DNA from: Azolla caroliniana
Lineage: Eukaryota; Plantae; Polypodiophyta
Direction: 5' to 3'
DNA length: 15,094 nucleotides
NCBI GenBank assembly: GCA_043228905.1
Contig: JBHGNT010000817.1
Location: forward strand, 1-15,094
In this document: piece after piece, positions 1 to 10,400 of the stretch
Position numbering within the stretch: the first letter of the stretch is position 1
Layout of the letters: each line of letters starts with the position of its first letter
Position numbers and translations under genes: made by a program
Notes under the pieces: generated by a model
Told to the model about the DNA's origin: nothing
Seen by the model: only the letters and a program-made list of their open reading frames with translations
Database searches by the model: none

Positions 1-639
1 ATCAATAACAACACCCCATCCTCCTCGACATAAGAGAGACACCATTCAAGTTCGGGGTAATCCTTATATTTCACCTCAACCGTTTTCTCCTCTTGCGTAC
101 TACCTTTGTTGATTTTGGTAGTAGCCACAGATGACTTGGATCCTCCTTCCCCCGTTGAGTCAAATAAATTCTTTTTACTCGTGTCCTTCATGAAGGAGCC
201 AGAATCTCGTTTTGTCAGAGATCAAATCTTCAATCTAAATGAAGGAACTTTTTGTCTGGGTTCACTGAAATTAAAAACGTTGGTGAAAACATAGAAACAA
301 CGTACAATTTCATCTAAATCACGCAAATTATCATTTAAATTACGTCAACTTTATGGTCCCGTGCGATAGTTTTTTATCGCAAAAACAACATTTTTTTCAA
401 CCAAAATCCGATGTAGTGCATTGGATTTTGGTTGAAAGGCAGGACTTTCAACCGAAATCCGTTGCAGTGCATCGGATTTTGGTTGAAGGTCCTGGCTTTC
501 AGAATTGCTTTCCAAGTTCGTTGTACAAAATAAAATAAAATTTCTATGTGTTGAGGAAAGGAATCTTTAAGGAATCTTTAGGAATCTTAAAAAATGTAAT
601 GAATATTACTAACCTGACGATTTTCTTTCCCTTGTTCAT
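1..639 (-). pseudogene. 5' part of the outer element's paralogue of the ParB-MTase gene (exon 1 639-614, exon 2 from 264 to beyond the window)
   Basis: ACCATG-MNKGKKIV-AG|GTTAGT, phase 2 as in the inner gene; acceptor TTTAATTTCAG. Exon 2 reads ..SKKNLFD..ELEWCLSYVEEDGVLLL, against GKKLLFN..DKEWCMQYVDSKKKVVL in the inner gene. In-frame TGA at 224-222. The MTase domain itself lies outside the window. Confidence 0.75.
395..487. repeat. Two ~42-bp palindromes in intron 1 of the outer paralogue
   Basis: Consensus TTCAACCAAAATCCGATGCA-G-TGCATCGGATTTTGGTTGAA at 395-437 and 447-487, two mismatches each; centres at 416 and 467. Confidence 0.92.
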
Positions 640-756
640 GGTTTGTGCCGGAGGTAGTGCTATCCACGATGTGCTTCTGAGTGCTCGAAAATTGGCCTGT
701 GCTCTGAGCTCGATGGATTCTTTCATGTGATAATGAAAATGAAATTTCTAACTTGC

Positions 757-763
757 TTATATA
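757..763 (-). promoter_or_regulatory. Putative TATA box of the outer paralogue
   Basis: TATATAA on the minus strand, ~120 bp upstream of ATG 639. Confidence 0.5.
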
Positions 764-987
764 GAAGACTTTAGCATTCTTTTTAAAATAAAAAATAATA
801 TTTAATTATTTGTTTTTTAGGAAAATTTCGGAAAATAATATAGTTAATCTAAGTGTTCGGGTAGTTATATAGTTAGGCTTTAGCATTCCTTAATTTTCTC
901 AAAAGAAGGTTTTAGAATATAGTTAGACTCCCTCAAATATCTTCTTCTACAAGTAGAACATCTCTTTTTTCTATTGCCCCCTTTTCA

Positions 988-3465
988 TTGTCAGATAACT
1001 CGTATTTCTCAATAGAAGAGTACGACCACAAAAAACATTCGCGGCTTAAACAAAAAAGTGTGGCTCCTAGTACTTCGAATTCTCTGTTTTCAATTGATCC
1101 TGTTGATGGCCCTCTTCATGCAAGCTTACAAGCGGACGATTCTTCGTCGATAGATAACAATAGCATTACTAAACCTCTAGCATTTAAAAGAGTTCCTTGA
1201 CAAGTTAGTGAAAAGAGATTTAATTTCTTATGTTCTGATCGTCAACTTCTATGCGACTTGAACAAATCGTGTTGTGTGAATCTCTGTCTATCAACTTATG
1301 GAAAGTCAAGGTTACATGAAACACGACAAAAATACTTGTCGCTTAATGGGGAAGAGCAAGATACATTTCTTCTTGCGCATATGCAACTTAAATTGGATCA
1401 CAAAACAGGGCCTAATGCAACGCAAGTTGAATATTTCCTTGGACTATATACCAAGTGTTGTCGAGCAGCTTTTAAAATCACTCATAGCATTGGAAATATG
1501 CGGCTGCAACGAGTTCAAGAGCGACTTGTGAAGGGCTCCTGGGTACAGTTCGATCAAAATGGTTCTGGATGTAAGGGTCAAATTGGGCAACAGGCAATTA
1601 GGTGGATGGAGGTATATTTTTCAAAACAGTGCGAAGTTATGCCAACGACAGGAAGACTTCATTTGTCAGATAACTTTACTCGAAGGGAAGTTTACCAATC
1701 GTACAAGGACGACATGTCTTCCGATGTTGAGCCTTACATACAGTACATGCATTTTAATCGACTATGGAGGTTACAATTTAATAACGTGGTTATCCCACGA
1801 AAGGTGCGAATGGGAGTCTGCTCAATATGTGCGAGTTTAAAAAGTATGGCCAAGGGTGGAAAATCAGATGTAGAGATCAAGAATTACAAGAACCTGTTAA
1901 AAGAACATCGTGAAAGTCAGGCATTGGAACGTACTAAGGCTATGCATCACCGACAAAAAGCGTTTCAATCTCCCGAAAAGTATATGTGCATGATTATTGA
2001 CGGCATGGATCAAAAGAAAACTTGTTTGCCGCATTTTCAAAGACTCCCCAAGGATATTGGAGATGAGTGTCTCGTGCAAATGCATCTAGTGGGTTGTTTG
2101 ACATACTGTCAAACTATAAGACTGCAAGTGTTCTTAACTTATCCCAATATCCACAACGACCCTAATCTTACTGTCACTGTCATGCACAGGGTATTGCAAT
2201 CATGGTCAGGTATACTCCCGCCAGTTCTATATGTGCAACTAGACAACACAGCAAGAGAGAATAAGAACTCAACTGTCTTCGGCTATCTAAGCATGCTAGT
2301 AGAGAGGGGCATATTTAAAAAGATAAAGGTTAACTTCTTGTTGGTTGGTCATACCCATGATCACATAGATCAAATGTTCAGTAGGTTCTCAAAGAAACTT
2401 GCTCACTGTAATGCTTTCACACTTCCCACGCTATCCAAATTGATTAGTGAAGCATATACACCAAAGCCTGAAGTACAACACTTGGAAGAAGTATACGACT
2501 TTAAACGTTTCTGCATGGATAGTGAAGGGACTAAAGGTAGGGTGCTTGCAACTCTTAATAATATAAGTTTCAACCATGTCTTCCTCATAAAACAAAGATC
2601 GGCCCACCTGAAGATGACGGTGTTGTTTGCGAAACAATACTCATCTAGTGCACAATGGGAGCCCCAAGAAGGTTGTAGGCTCCTTCTTCATATCCCAGAT
2701 GAACCTCTACATGGTGCACAACAAATGCCATATGATGATCGTAAAAATGTAGCACCAAATAGTACTATTGATGAACAAAGGGCATATTGGTTGAGATGTC
2801 TAGCAGAGAAACAAAATAATATTGATCGGACTAAGAAGTATGCCGGTGATGAGGATGTTGAATGGTGGGAGATTTTCTTCACCCATCAACGCACCATTTT
2901 AGATAATTACATCGCCGGTTTATGGCTAGTCCGTATCCCATTCACATGGAACATTGGGATGACATCAACGATATCGCAGACTCATCACCAATAATCGAAT
3001 AATATGGAGCTTCATGATTTAGTTCGGCCACTGCAAAGAGATATTTATGTGGGACCAAGAAAGTCACGTACTGTTGAGGCAAGATGGCAAGGTTATTCGC
3101 AAGAACTACAAGTGGGAATGTTGGTTGCAACATTAGCAGGGGACGATACCTTGGGCCATCCATTTTGGATTGCAAAAATTATTGAATTAGTAAGGGATGA
3201 AGAAAGTAGTCAGACAAAGTCAATGGTAGTCCATTGGTATCAGACAAATTCAACTATTGCATTTACAGGAAAGTATTCTTTAGAGATGGTTAAGGATGTC
3301 GGATGTTCAAGCAGAAAGAGAAGAAGAAAGAATATACTGAGCACGGCTACTCTCGCACTAGACCGTGTTGACATACTATTATATGACTTCTCATTGACAA
3401 AATCAGGTCATCTAAGACAAGCAACTATCAAGATAATAAAGGAGAAAATCCCAAACATGGTGTCA
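988..3465 (+). pseudogene. Transposase pseudogene of the outer element, main part
   Basis: Track ORFs 988, 1258 and 3004 share one frame, broken by TGA 1198-1200 and TAA 2992-2994; TTG instead of ATG at the start. Colinear with the 926-aa protein (EVMPTTGR, IDGMDQKKTCLPH, QLDNTARENKNSTVFGYLSMLV, GHTHDHIDQMFS). Confidence 0.9.
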
Positions 3466-3501
3466 AACACGTTCGCGTTCACAAGTGGAAGGATCGCGCA
3501 T
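3466..3501 (+). repeat. Left TIR of inner transposon
   Basis: AACACGTTCGCGTTCACAAGTGGAAGGATCGCGCAT is the reverse complement of 12302-12337 with one transition mismatch (3495 vs 12308). Confidence 0.95.
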
Positions 3502-3823
3502 AAATGGAAGGATAAGGGAAATTTTAGGGGTTTTTCAATGATTTTACAAAACACATTGATACCAGTATCATACAAGTTCAAACATACTATGAAAAAGGTT
3601 AAAAATCCACTATTTTCGTGATTTAGAAGTAACTAAAAAAAGACGAATTTCAAAAACATACATTCTCAATTTATATCACAAACTTTACAACCAATGTTAT
3701 TTTATAAGAAACGATTTTTTAGAAATCATAAGAATTCAAAACACATGATTTTATATTACTCGATTTGTTACAAGCGGAATGTAGTTACACTTAATAGCCA
3801 AATATACATTCATGATCACTCCT

Positions 3824-6604
3824 TTACGGAGAATCACTACTATAACTAATATACAATGACGATTCCTCCTCATCATCCTCGGATGTACCAATCAGTGCAT
3901 TATCTTCGTCATAAACCAAATGGTTTGACTCTAGATTATATGTAGCAGATCTCGTTTGCCTTTGACTCGAGCCACCTTGTAGACCTGGTAATTTTTCTTT
4001 TATTATATCTATTGTTGACTTCCTTAATCGTCCGGCTTTTGTAAGTGTGAAGTCGTACACGATGATATCCACATCAGAGATATCAAGGGTCGAGGTGTTA
4101 CGAATGTTTCGCTTCCTCTTCCTACCTCCCCTTCTTGTTTGGCATTCAATCATCTCCAATGTATACTTACCTGTAAAAGCATTTGCACTTCTAGTGTTGT
4201 ACCAATGAACATTTATAGACTTGATCGTGTTTTCTATTTCATGCATTAGCACTTCTAGAATTTTACCAACCCAAAATTGGTGGCCATGTGAGTTCTCATC
4301 AGCCGGCGTTGCAATCAACATCCCCGCGGTGAGCTCTTGCAAATTTCCTTGCCATCTAGCTTCGGCTGCTTTGGTCATCCTTGGTCCCACATAAATGTCT
4401 CTTTGTTGTGGATGGACCAAGTTGTCATTAATCGCATTTACTAGTCGCTCCGGACTTCTATTTACGCGATCATGTTGCAGCGACCATGTGAATGGCGTTT
4501 CCAAATTCCAATTATCAACAGATACACAATTGTCTATAATTTCTTTCTTATCACTATAAAATACATCCCACCATGACGTGTCTTGTTGTGCGGCATATTT
4601 CTTGGCGGCCTCAATATGCTTTCTTTTTTCTTCTAAGGCTTGGAGCCATGACCGTTTTTGTTCTGATACCAAGTCGCTCTGCAACTGTCCTTTCTTCTCA
4701 ATTGGCATTTGCTTAGCTCCATGGACAATTGTACTCGGCATACAAAGTAATAACTGGCAACCACCTTCAGGTTCCCATGTTGTAGAAGATGAATATTGTT
4801 TAGCATACAAAAGTGTAGAACCACTTATTCCATTTTTCTTTATCAAAAAAATGTGATTGAAACTTATATTGTTTAACTGAGCAAGCACTTTAACATTCCC
4901 ACCACCCCCATCTAATATATATCTCTTAAAGTCATATACCTCCTTAAAGTGTAACACTTTTGGGCGTGGTGTATATGCATCACAAATGACATCAAATAGT
5001 TTAGGTAAAGTGAAAGCATCATGCCGAGACAACTGTCTAGAGAATGTGCTAAACATCTGATCTATATGGTCATGTGTGTGGCCAACCAAAAGGAAATTGA
5101 CTTTCACTTTCCTAAACAATTCTAGGTTGACCAACATACTTAGATAGCCAAATACAGTTGAATTTTTGTTCTCTCTAGCAGTATTGTCCAATTGAATGTA
5201 TAGAACAGGGGGGAAAGGTTGTCCCCAAGACATCAAAACTTGGTGAATCACTGTAACTGTTAGGTTAGGGTCATTGTGAACATTGGGGTAAGTAATGAAG
5301 ACGTGAGGTCGAACAGACCTATTATAAGCCAAGCATCCCACCAAGTGCATTTGAACAAGGCACTCATCATTGACATCTTTGGGGAGCCTCCGCATATGCG
5401 GCAAGCATGTCTTCTTCTGGTCCATGCCATCTATCATTAAGCACATGTATTGTTCAGGCCTCTTCAAACACTTCTCTCTATGATGCATCGCCTTCCTTCG
5501 TTCTAAGGATTGTGCCTCACGATGCTCTTGTAGTAACTTCTTACTCGTATCCTTTTCCATTGATGTCTTTGCACCTTTAGCCAAACTTTTAAGATTTGCA
5601 CAAATGGAGCAATACCCCATACGTACTTTACGAGGAATAATAACATTTGAAAACCGAGCTCTCCATAATCTTGTGAATTGGCTGTAGGTGATAGACTTAT
5701 TACGTGAGCCCAGCATTTCAGATCGATAGACATCATAAACTTCCCGACGGGTATAATTATCAGAAAGATGCATCCTACCTGTAGTGGGCATTACTTCACA
5801 ATTTAACTGAAAGTAAGTTTTCATCCAGCCAATAGCTAGTCTTCCAATTGCACCTTTCATACTTGGAACCTCTTTACAATTGAGCATCTGATCCCCGCTA
5901 AGTAGACGTTGTTGTACTCTATGTAGCCGCATGTTACTAACACATAACGCAATTTTGAATGCAACTCTACATATCTGTTGCGCATGGAAGATATAATACT
6001 CGAATGATACTTTGATCCCCGTACATTTGTCAGATACTAGTTGCATATGTGATCCGAGGTAAGTGTCTTGCTCATCACCGATCATCGAAAAATAGTATCG
6101 CCTTAATTCTCGCAACTTTGATTTTCCAATCATAGACATACAACCACGGGCACAACATATTTTGTTGACATCAAATCCAATCTGTTTATCTGATGTCACC
6201 AAGCTAAATCTAGCCAGACGAATTCTTCGTGGGATTCTTCTAATATGCATAGGGCTCCCAGATTTCTCTTCCTGCATAGAGGTTGGTGTAACCTTGTTAC
6301 AGTCTAATTCTCTGTTGTGACCATCGCCAATGTTATTCAATGTTTCCCGGGCACTTCCTTCATTCTCGGTATCTTTATTAATATCGTATTCTTCAATAGA
6401 GAACTCTTCACATGTGTCATTATTTACATTCCCTGTAGATGAGCTCAGACAATATTCTTCGATAGAATATGGTGAGTCGGTCGACAGACAATATTCTTCA
6501 ATCGAATATGGTGACTCTGTTGACAAACAATACTCTTCAGTAGAAAACGATGGGTCTGATGACAAACAATATTCTTCAATCGAGAACGGTGAATCTTCAC
6601 TCAT
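3824..6604 (-). CDS. Intact 926-aa DDD transposase, Sola-like/DUF7869-type
   Basis: Uninterrupted ORF inside the TIRs. Motifs LMIDGMDQ, YIQLDNTARENKN and FLLVGHTHDHIDQMFS (putative D-D-D triad); CSIC..H zinc-binding-like motif; C-terminal FWVGKI..VHWY barrel; acidic tail; GCCATG start context. Superfamily assignment is tentative. Confidence 0.85.
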   Translation of the reverse strand: MSEDSPFSIEEYCLSSDPSFSTEEYCLSTESPYSIEEYCLSTDSPYSIEEYCLSSSTGNVNNDTCEEFSIEEYDINKDTENEGSARETLNNIGDGHNRELDCNKVTPTSMQEEKSGSPMHIRRIPRRIRLARFSLVTSDKQIGFDVNKICCARGCMSMIGKSKLRELRRYYFSMIGDEQDTYLGSHMQLVSDKCTGIKVSFEYYIFHAQQICRVAFKIALCVSNMRLHRVQQRLLSGDQMLNCKEVPSMKGAIGRLAIGWMKTYFQLNCEVMPTTGRMHLSDNYTRREVYDVYRSEMLGSRNKSITYSQFTRLWRARFSNVIIPRKVRMGYCSICANLKSLAKGAKTSMEKDTSKKLLQEHREAQSLERRKAMHHREKCLKRPEQYMCLMIDGMDQKKTCLPHMRRLPKDVNDECLVQMHLVGCLAYNRSVRPHVFITYPNVHNDPNLTVTVIHQVLMSWGQPFPPVLYIQLDNTARENKNSTVFGYLSMLVNLELFRKVKVNFLLVGHTHDHIDQMFSTFSRQLSRHDAFTLPKLFDVICDAYTPRPKVLHFKEVYDFKRYILDGGGGNVKVLAQLNNISFNHIFLIKKNGISGSTLLYAKQYSSSTTWEPEGGCQLLLCMPSTIVHGAKQMPIEKKGQLQSDLVSEQKRSWLQALEEKRKHIEAAKKYAAQQDTSWWDVFYSDKKEIIDNCVSVDNWNLETPFTWSLQHDRVNRSPERLVNAINDNLVHPQQRDIYVGPRMTKAAEARWQGNLQELTAGMLIATPADENSHGHQFWVGKILEVLMHEIENTIKSINVHWYNTRSANAFTGKYTLEMIECQTRRGGRKRKRNIRNTSTLDISDVDIIVYDFTLTKAGRLRKSTIDIIKEKLPGLQGGSSQRQTRSATYNLESNHLVYDEDNALIGTSEDDEEESSLYISYSSDSP
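6440..6595 (-). repeat. 4 x 39-bp coding tandem repeat (13-aa unit DSP(F/Y)SIEEYCLS(S/T))
   Basis: Visible in the translation and in the DNA (CAATATTCTTC units); a fifth degenerate FSIEEYD follows. Confidence 0.9.
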
Positions 6605-6624
6605 GGCTTAAGGTCTAGATAGGG

Positions 6625-6688
6625 CTCTCTAAGTTATACTCCTCTCTAAACATATACTCCTCCCTAAACATAAACTTCTCTCTAAACA
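6625..6688. repeat. ~18-bp tandem repeat (CTCTCTAAACATATACTC-like) upstream of the transposase ATG
   Basis: 3-4 imperfect copies seen directly. Confidence 0.65.
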
Positions 6689-7276
6689 AAAGCCAAATCA
6701 ATAGAATGTCTATATTATGTAATATTCTATTAATACAATACATCTAAAAATTATTTTTAATAAAGTAATTGTACTTAAATTATCAATCATTATATAAACT
6801 AGATCTAAATGATGTTAAATCAAGTAAAATATAAAACTAATCATTAACAAGCCATGAATATGTTGGATTAATGTTAAAATCATTGGCTAATTAATGGCAC
6901 CCATTTTGATATAGAACGTCTCACGCATTGGTTCTTTAATGCTCACCATTTTAAATATTAGACTTATCAATCATTGGTTAATTCATGCCCACATCTTTAA
7001 TACATAACATTTGAGAGTCATAAAAATTGTTGCTTTTAGTAATCAATCATTGGTACATTCATGAACCTCTATCATTGTCTCCTTCATAACCTTTGAAGTC
7101 ATTGTAGGTTGTTATGACTATAAAAGATTGATCAATATGTTAGTTTGACTTTGTAATCATTAATACAATCATAAGTTACTCTAGTTAATGTGACTATGGT
7201 TACCCACTAACTATCCTCAAAGTTACCAACCTTGGTTAAGGTGACTATGGTTACTTTAACCAATGTGTTCAATCCC

Positions 7277-7284
7277 TATAAATA
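7277..7284 (+). promoter_or_regulatory. Putative TATA box of the ParB-MTase gene
   Basis: TATAAATA in a CCCTATAAATAGG context, ~150 bp upstream of ATG 7428. A mirror TATATAA lies upstream of the outer paralogue. Confidence 0.65.
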
Positions 7285-7310
7285 GGAAGACCTCGTCATA
7301 TTTCACTCAC

Positions 7311-7398
7311 CAGAGCGTACAGAGCGTACAGAGCACACAGAACGTAGAGAGCACACAAAGCACACAAAGCGCTCAGAGCACAAAGCACGAAAGCGCAA
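7311..7398 (+). repeat. ~9-bp degenerate tandem repeat (CAGAGCGTA/CAAAGCACA) in the predicted 5' UTR
   Basis: About 9-10 imperfect units between the TATA box and the ATG. Confidence 0.75.
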
Positions 7399-7427
7399 TC
7401 TCCGCCTCCACTTCAACACGATCAACC

Positions 7428-10400
7428 ATGTCTTCAAAGAGAATCGAGCGCGAGGACTCCAGGTAGGCCTCTGACACTGTGGACATTTTTGTAAATATGT
7501 TTCGTTTCTCAAGAACTCGATACGCCGTATCGAGTTCATGTATACAATACAAATATTTATACACGAACTCGATACGGCGTATCGAGTTCGTGTTTAAAGT
7601 GTAGGTTTCAAAAAGAATCTCGATACGCCGTATCGAGTCCCTGTATATAAGAAGGCTTTGAGAGAGAAAAATCGTTTATGGGGTGGAAATGATATCAAAT
7701 TGTCTGGCAAAATCAGTCTTTTTTATGTTGACTTTACTTACTTTTAAAGAAATACATGCTCTAATTATAGATGTTTTATGACCTACTTTAGCTTAAAATA
7801 GTAGAAAATGATCCACAAATTGCCTTTACTATGGCAAATTCTCCTCAATATAGGTTTAGAATCTATATAAGTCATACCTACTATTTAAAAGAATATATAA
7901 CCCGTTTTACTTATTACGATATATATTTTCTAGGTTGAATAGCCCTGCCTATAATAGATTTTTGAATATGTTACTGCTCCTGGAAACTGTTCTTCATTAT
8001 AATATACAACCTCAATCTACGTGACTACCTAACTTATGTTTTTGCATATACTTTCTTAAATAGGTCGTTTGAGAACCTGTCGGACCGACCCGTGAAGAAA
8101 ATTAAGCTTTGCATACAAGGTTCTCCAATCGAAGCCCAGACCAAGGTAGCTCTTGAGACCATGAAGAGAGGAAAAAAGCTTCTCTTTAACGAAGAGACAA
8201 AATCTCAGCCACATAGTGATGTTAGCCAAAAGAAACTTGTCGCCACTTCTGGAGGCGAAGACCTTCCTGACCGAGATCTAACGGACAAGGAATGGTGTAT
8301 GCAATATGTCGACTCAAAGAAAAAAGTCGTATTGTATACAGCAAAGAAGAAGGGTGAGGGGCAGCTTGGAAAAGAAACCCCATTTATGTATGGCCGTATT
8401 CTACGATTTGACTACGAAGATGCAGATTCGGCCAACATACTGGTAATGATAGAGTGCTCCAAGGGGGTACGTAAAGTGTTCCTTTTAGAAGACCTTTTAG
8501 TAAAGGAATCTTGTGGGCCTGAAGTGTTCAAAAAAGCACTTGATATCTCACAAAACCTTATTGTTACCTTGAGGCCTTATATACAAGGCCATGTAACTCT
8601 AAGAGATGAAGTGCCCTCCCCATTGAAGGCCACAAAAAAGGTATCCAAAGTCCAGTCAAGACCAGCAAAGAAGAAGACAACGAAAATGTCGGATACGGAT
8701 TCAACAAGTGAAAATGAAGAAGAGGATAATAAGGGGACGCCAGGAGCCGAGCTGGCCTCGGGTGTTTTGTCATCCGAGCAGAATAAAATAAGGAGAGAGT
8801 TAATGCAACGGAAGCTGGTCAGGAAAGGGCAAGTATTTAATTTGCCTATAACACACATCCATCGGCCCCCTATTGATGAAAAAACATGTCGACGACCACT
8901 TGAGATTAGAGAGCCTCACCGCATGCATGTTCAAAATCTCAAGAAAAAAATGAAAATTAATCCTCATGCCACTGTGGTGCCTTTTATTGTTATGGTTGAT
9001 CCTGAAGAATGTGAAACCATTGAAGATTTTGATATTAGAAAGCATGATCAATATAATTATTTTGTCATTGGTGGATCGCATTCAGCAGAGGCACGTCGGC
9101 AACTTGTGAGAGAACATCCAACCACTTTCTTCTTCAAGTATGCCGAGTGCAAAATTTATGTTGGGCTCACAACCGAAGAGGCTAAGCTGTTGGCATGGGA
9201 CCATAATAATGATAATGACTATAGGCAGAAAATGTCGTCTATTGAGCGTATACGGTTCTTCCACCACGAGTATTTAGATGTGAAACAAAAGTTTGGTGTG
9301 AAGTTACATCCAGGCCTTCGACGTCAATGTCTGCATGAAGTCGGCATTGTGGTAGATGATAATGTTAGGTCCGATGGTCTTCGAAAGTATGAGTCTTGGT
9401 TTCAATTGGCGTTTAGAGATGGAGAAGTATGGGACCTACAAGATCAAATCTTCTCAATGTGGGAGAATAAGGAGGTAAAGGGTCAACGACAAAAGAAATG
9501 TAGGGTTGACCCTCAACTAGAGTTAAAGTCACAAGCCGCCAAGAAAATTGACTTGACAATTGAAGAAGCGGCAGACGACATGAAGCTGTCTCTATGGAGA
9601 GCGATGCAAGGTATTAAGGACGAGCAGCTTCTTGTGTCGGTTTTGTCAAGGGTTGTGGCGAAAGATTTAAGCCTTGAAGAAATGGTCACTGAGTTCAATA
9701 AGTAAGTCTTTCAAATACTGAAATTGTAGTCTATCTGGTGTAATTCAAAGTTCTAATCTTGATTTCTAATTTTAAAGTCATAAGGTGTACATGAAGATCC
9801 AAGAAGTTATGATGAAACAACTTGGATGTATAACTTGGGAACAAGTGACCGAGGATTATCCTCTAACGTCTTCGTATAAGGCGTTATCAAAGTATTTTAT
9901 TGCATTCAAGGATTGGGTTAGTATTCATGTTTTTTCATTACCCTTTCATCATATGTAGAGCTTGTATAATAATACCTGATGTCCTATTGCTTCTATTAGA
10001 AACCGTGTCGAGGCAAGAAACAAGGAGAAGTTAAGGATATACACGATTTCCCTACATCCTTCCTTGCACATCTCGAGCGAGCCAGAAAAGAAAAGGATCG
10101 TCGCTTAGTCAAGGCGTACGAAATGGAGAAAGATGGCTCGTTTAAAAATTTTAGCCACAAAAAAGATATTACGAGAGATCTTTACTACAATGTGGTTTGC
10201 GGTGATGTCATCGACTTGATCCAGAAGGTGCCAAAGAAGGAATATACGCTAATGATTGCGGATATTCCTTACGGATTTCGAATGGCTGGGTCATCATACG
10301 ACGATGAACCGTTTAGGTTTAAACAATTGGAGAAGATGGTCAAGGATTTCGTTGAGCTAACGACCGCATCCTTGTGGCGAATAGTTGTCTTTCATAGTAT

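Noticed and set aside
3466-3621. C-terminus of track ORF 3004..3621 as real protein
   Set aside because: Read-through into the inner TIR; the true tail is at 12342-12485.
7263-7466. 67-aa ORF with QST repeats
   Set aside because: It starts upstream of the TATA box and translates the 5' UTR repeat. Only MSSKRIEREDSR (exon 1) is supported.
7513-7637. Mini CRISPR array (regularly spaced palindromic repeats; also 395-487)
   Set aside because: Only 2-3 units, full-length palindromes of variable extent, no cas genes, and located in a spliceosomal intron.
7934-8024. Alternative acceptor at 7933 for exon 2
   Set aside because: It leads to an in-frame TGA; the 8063 acceptor is in frame with the long ORF.
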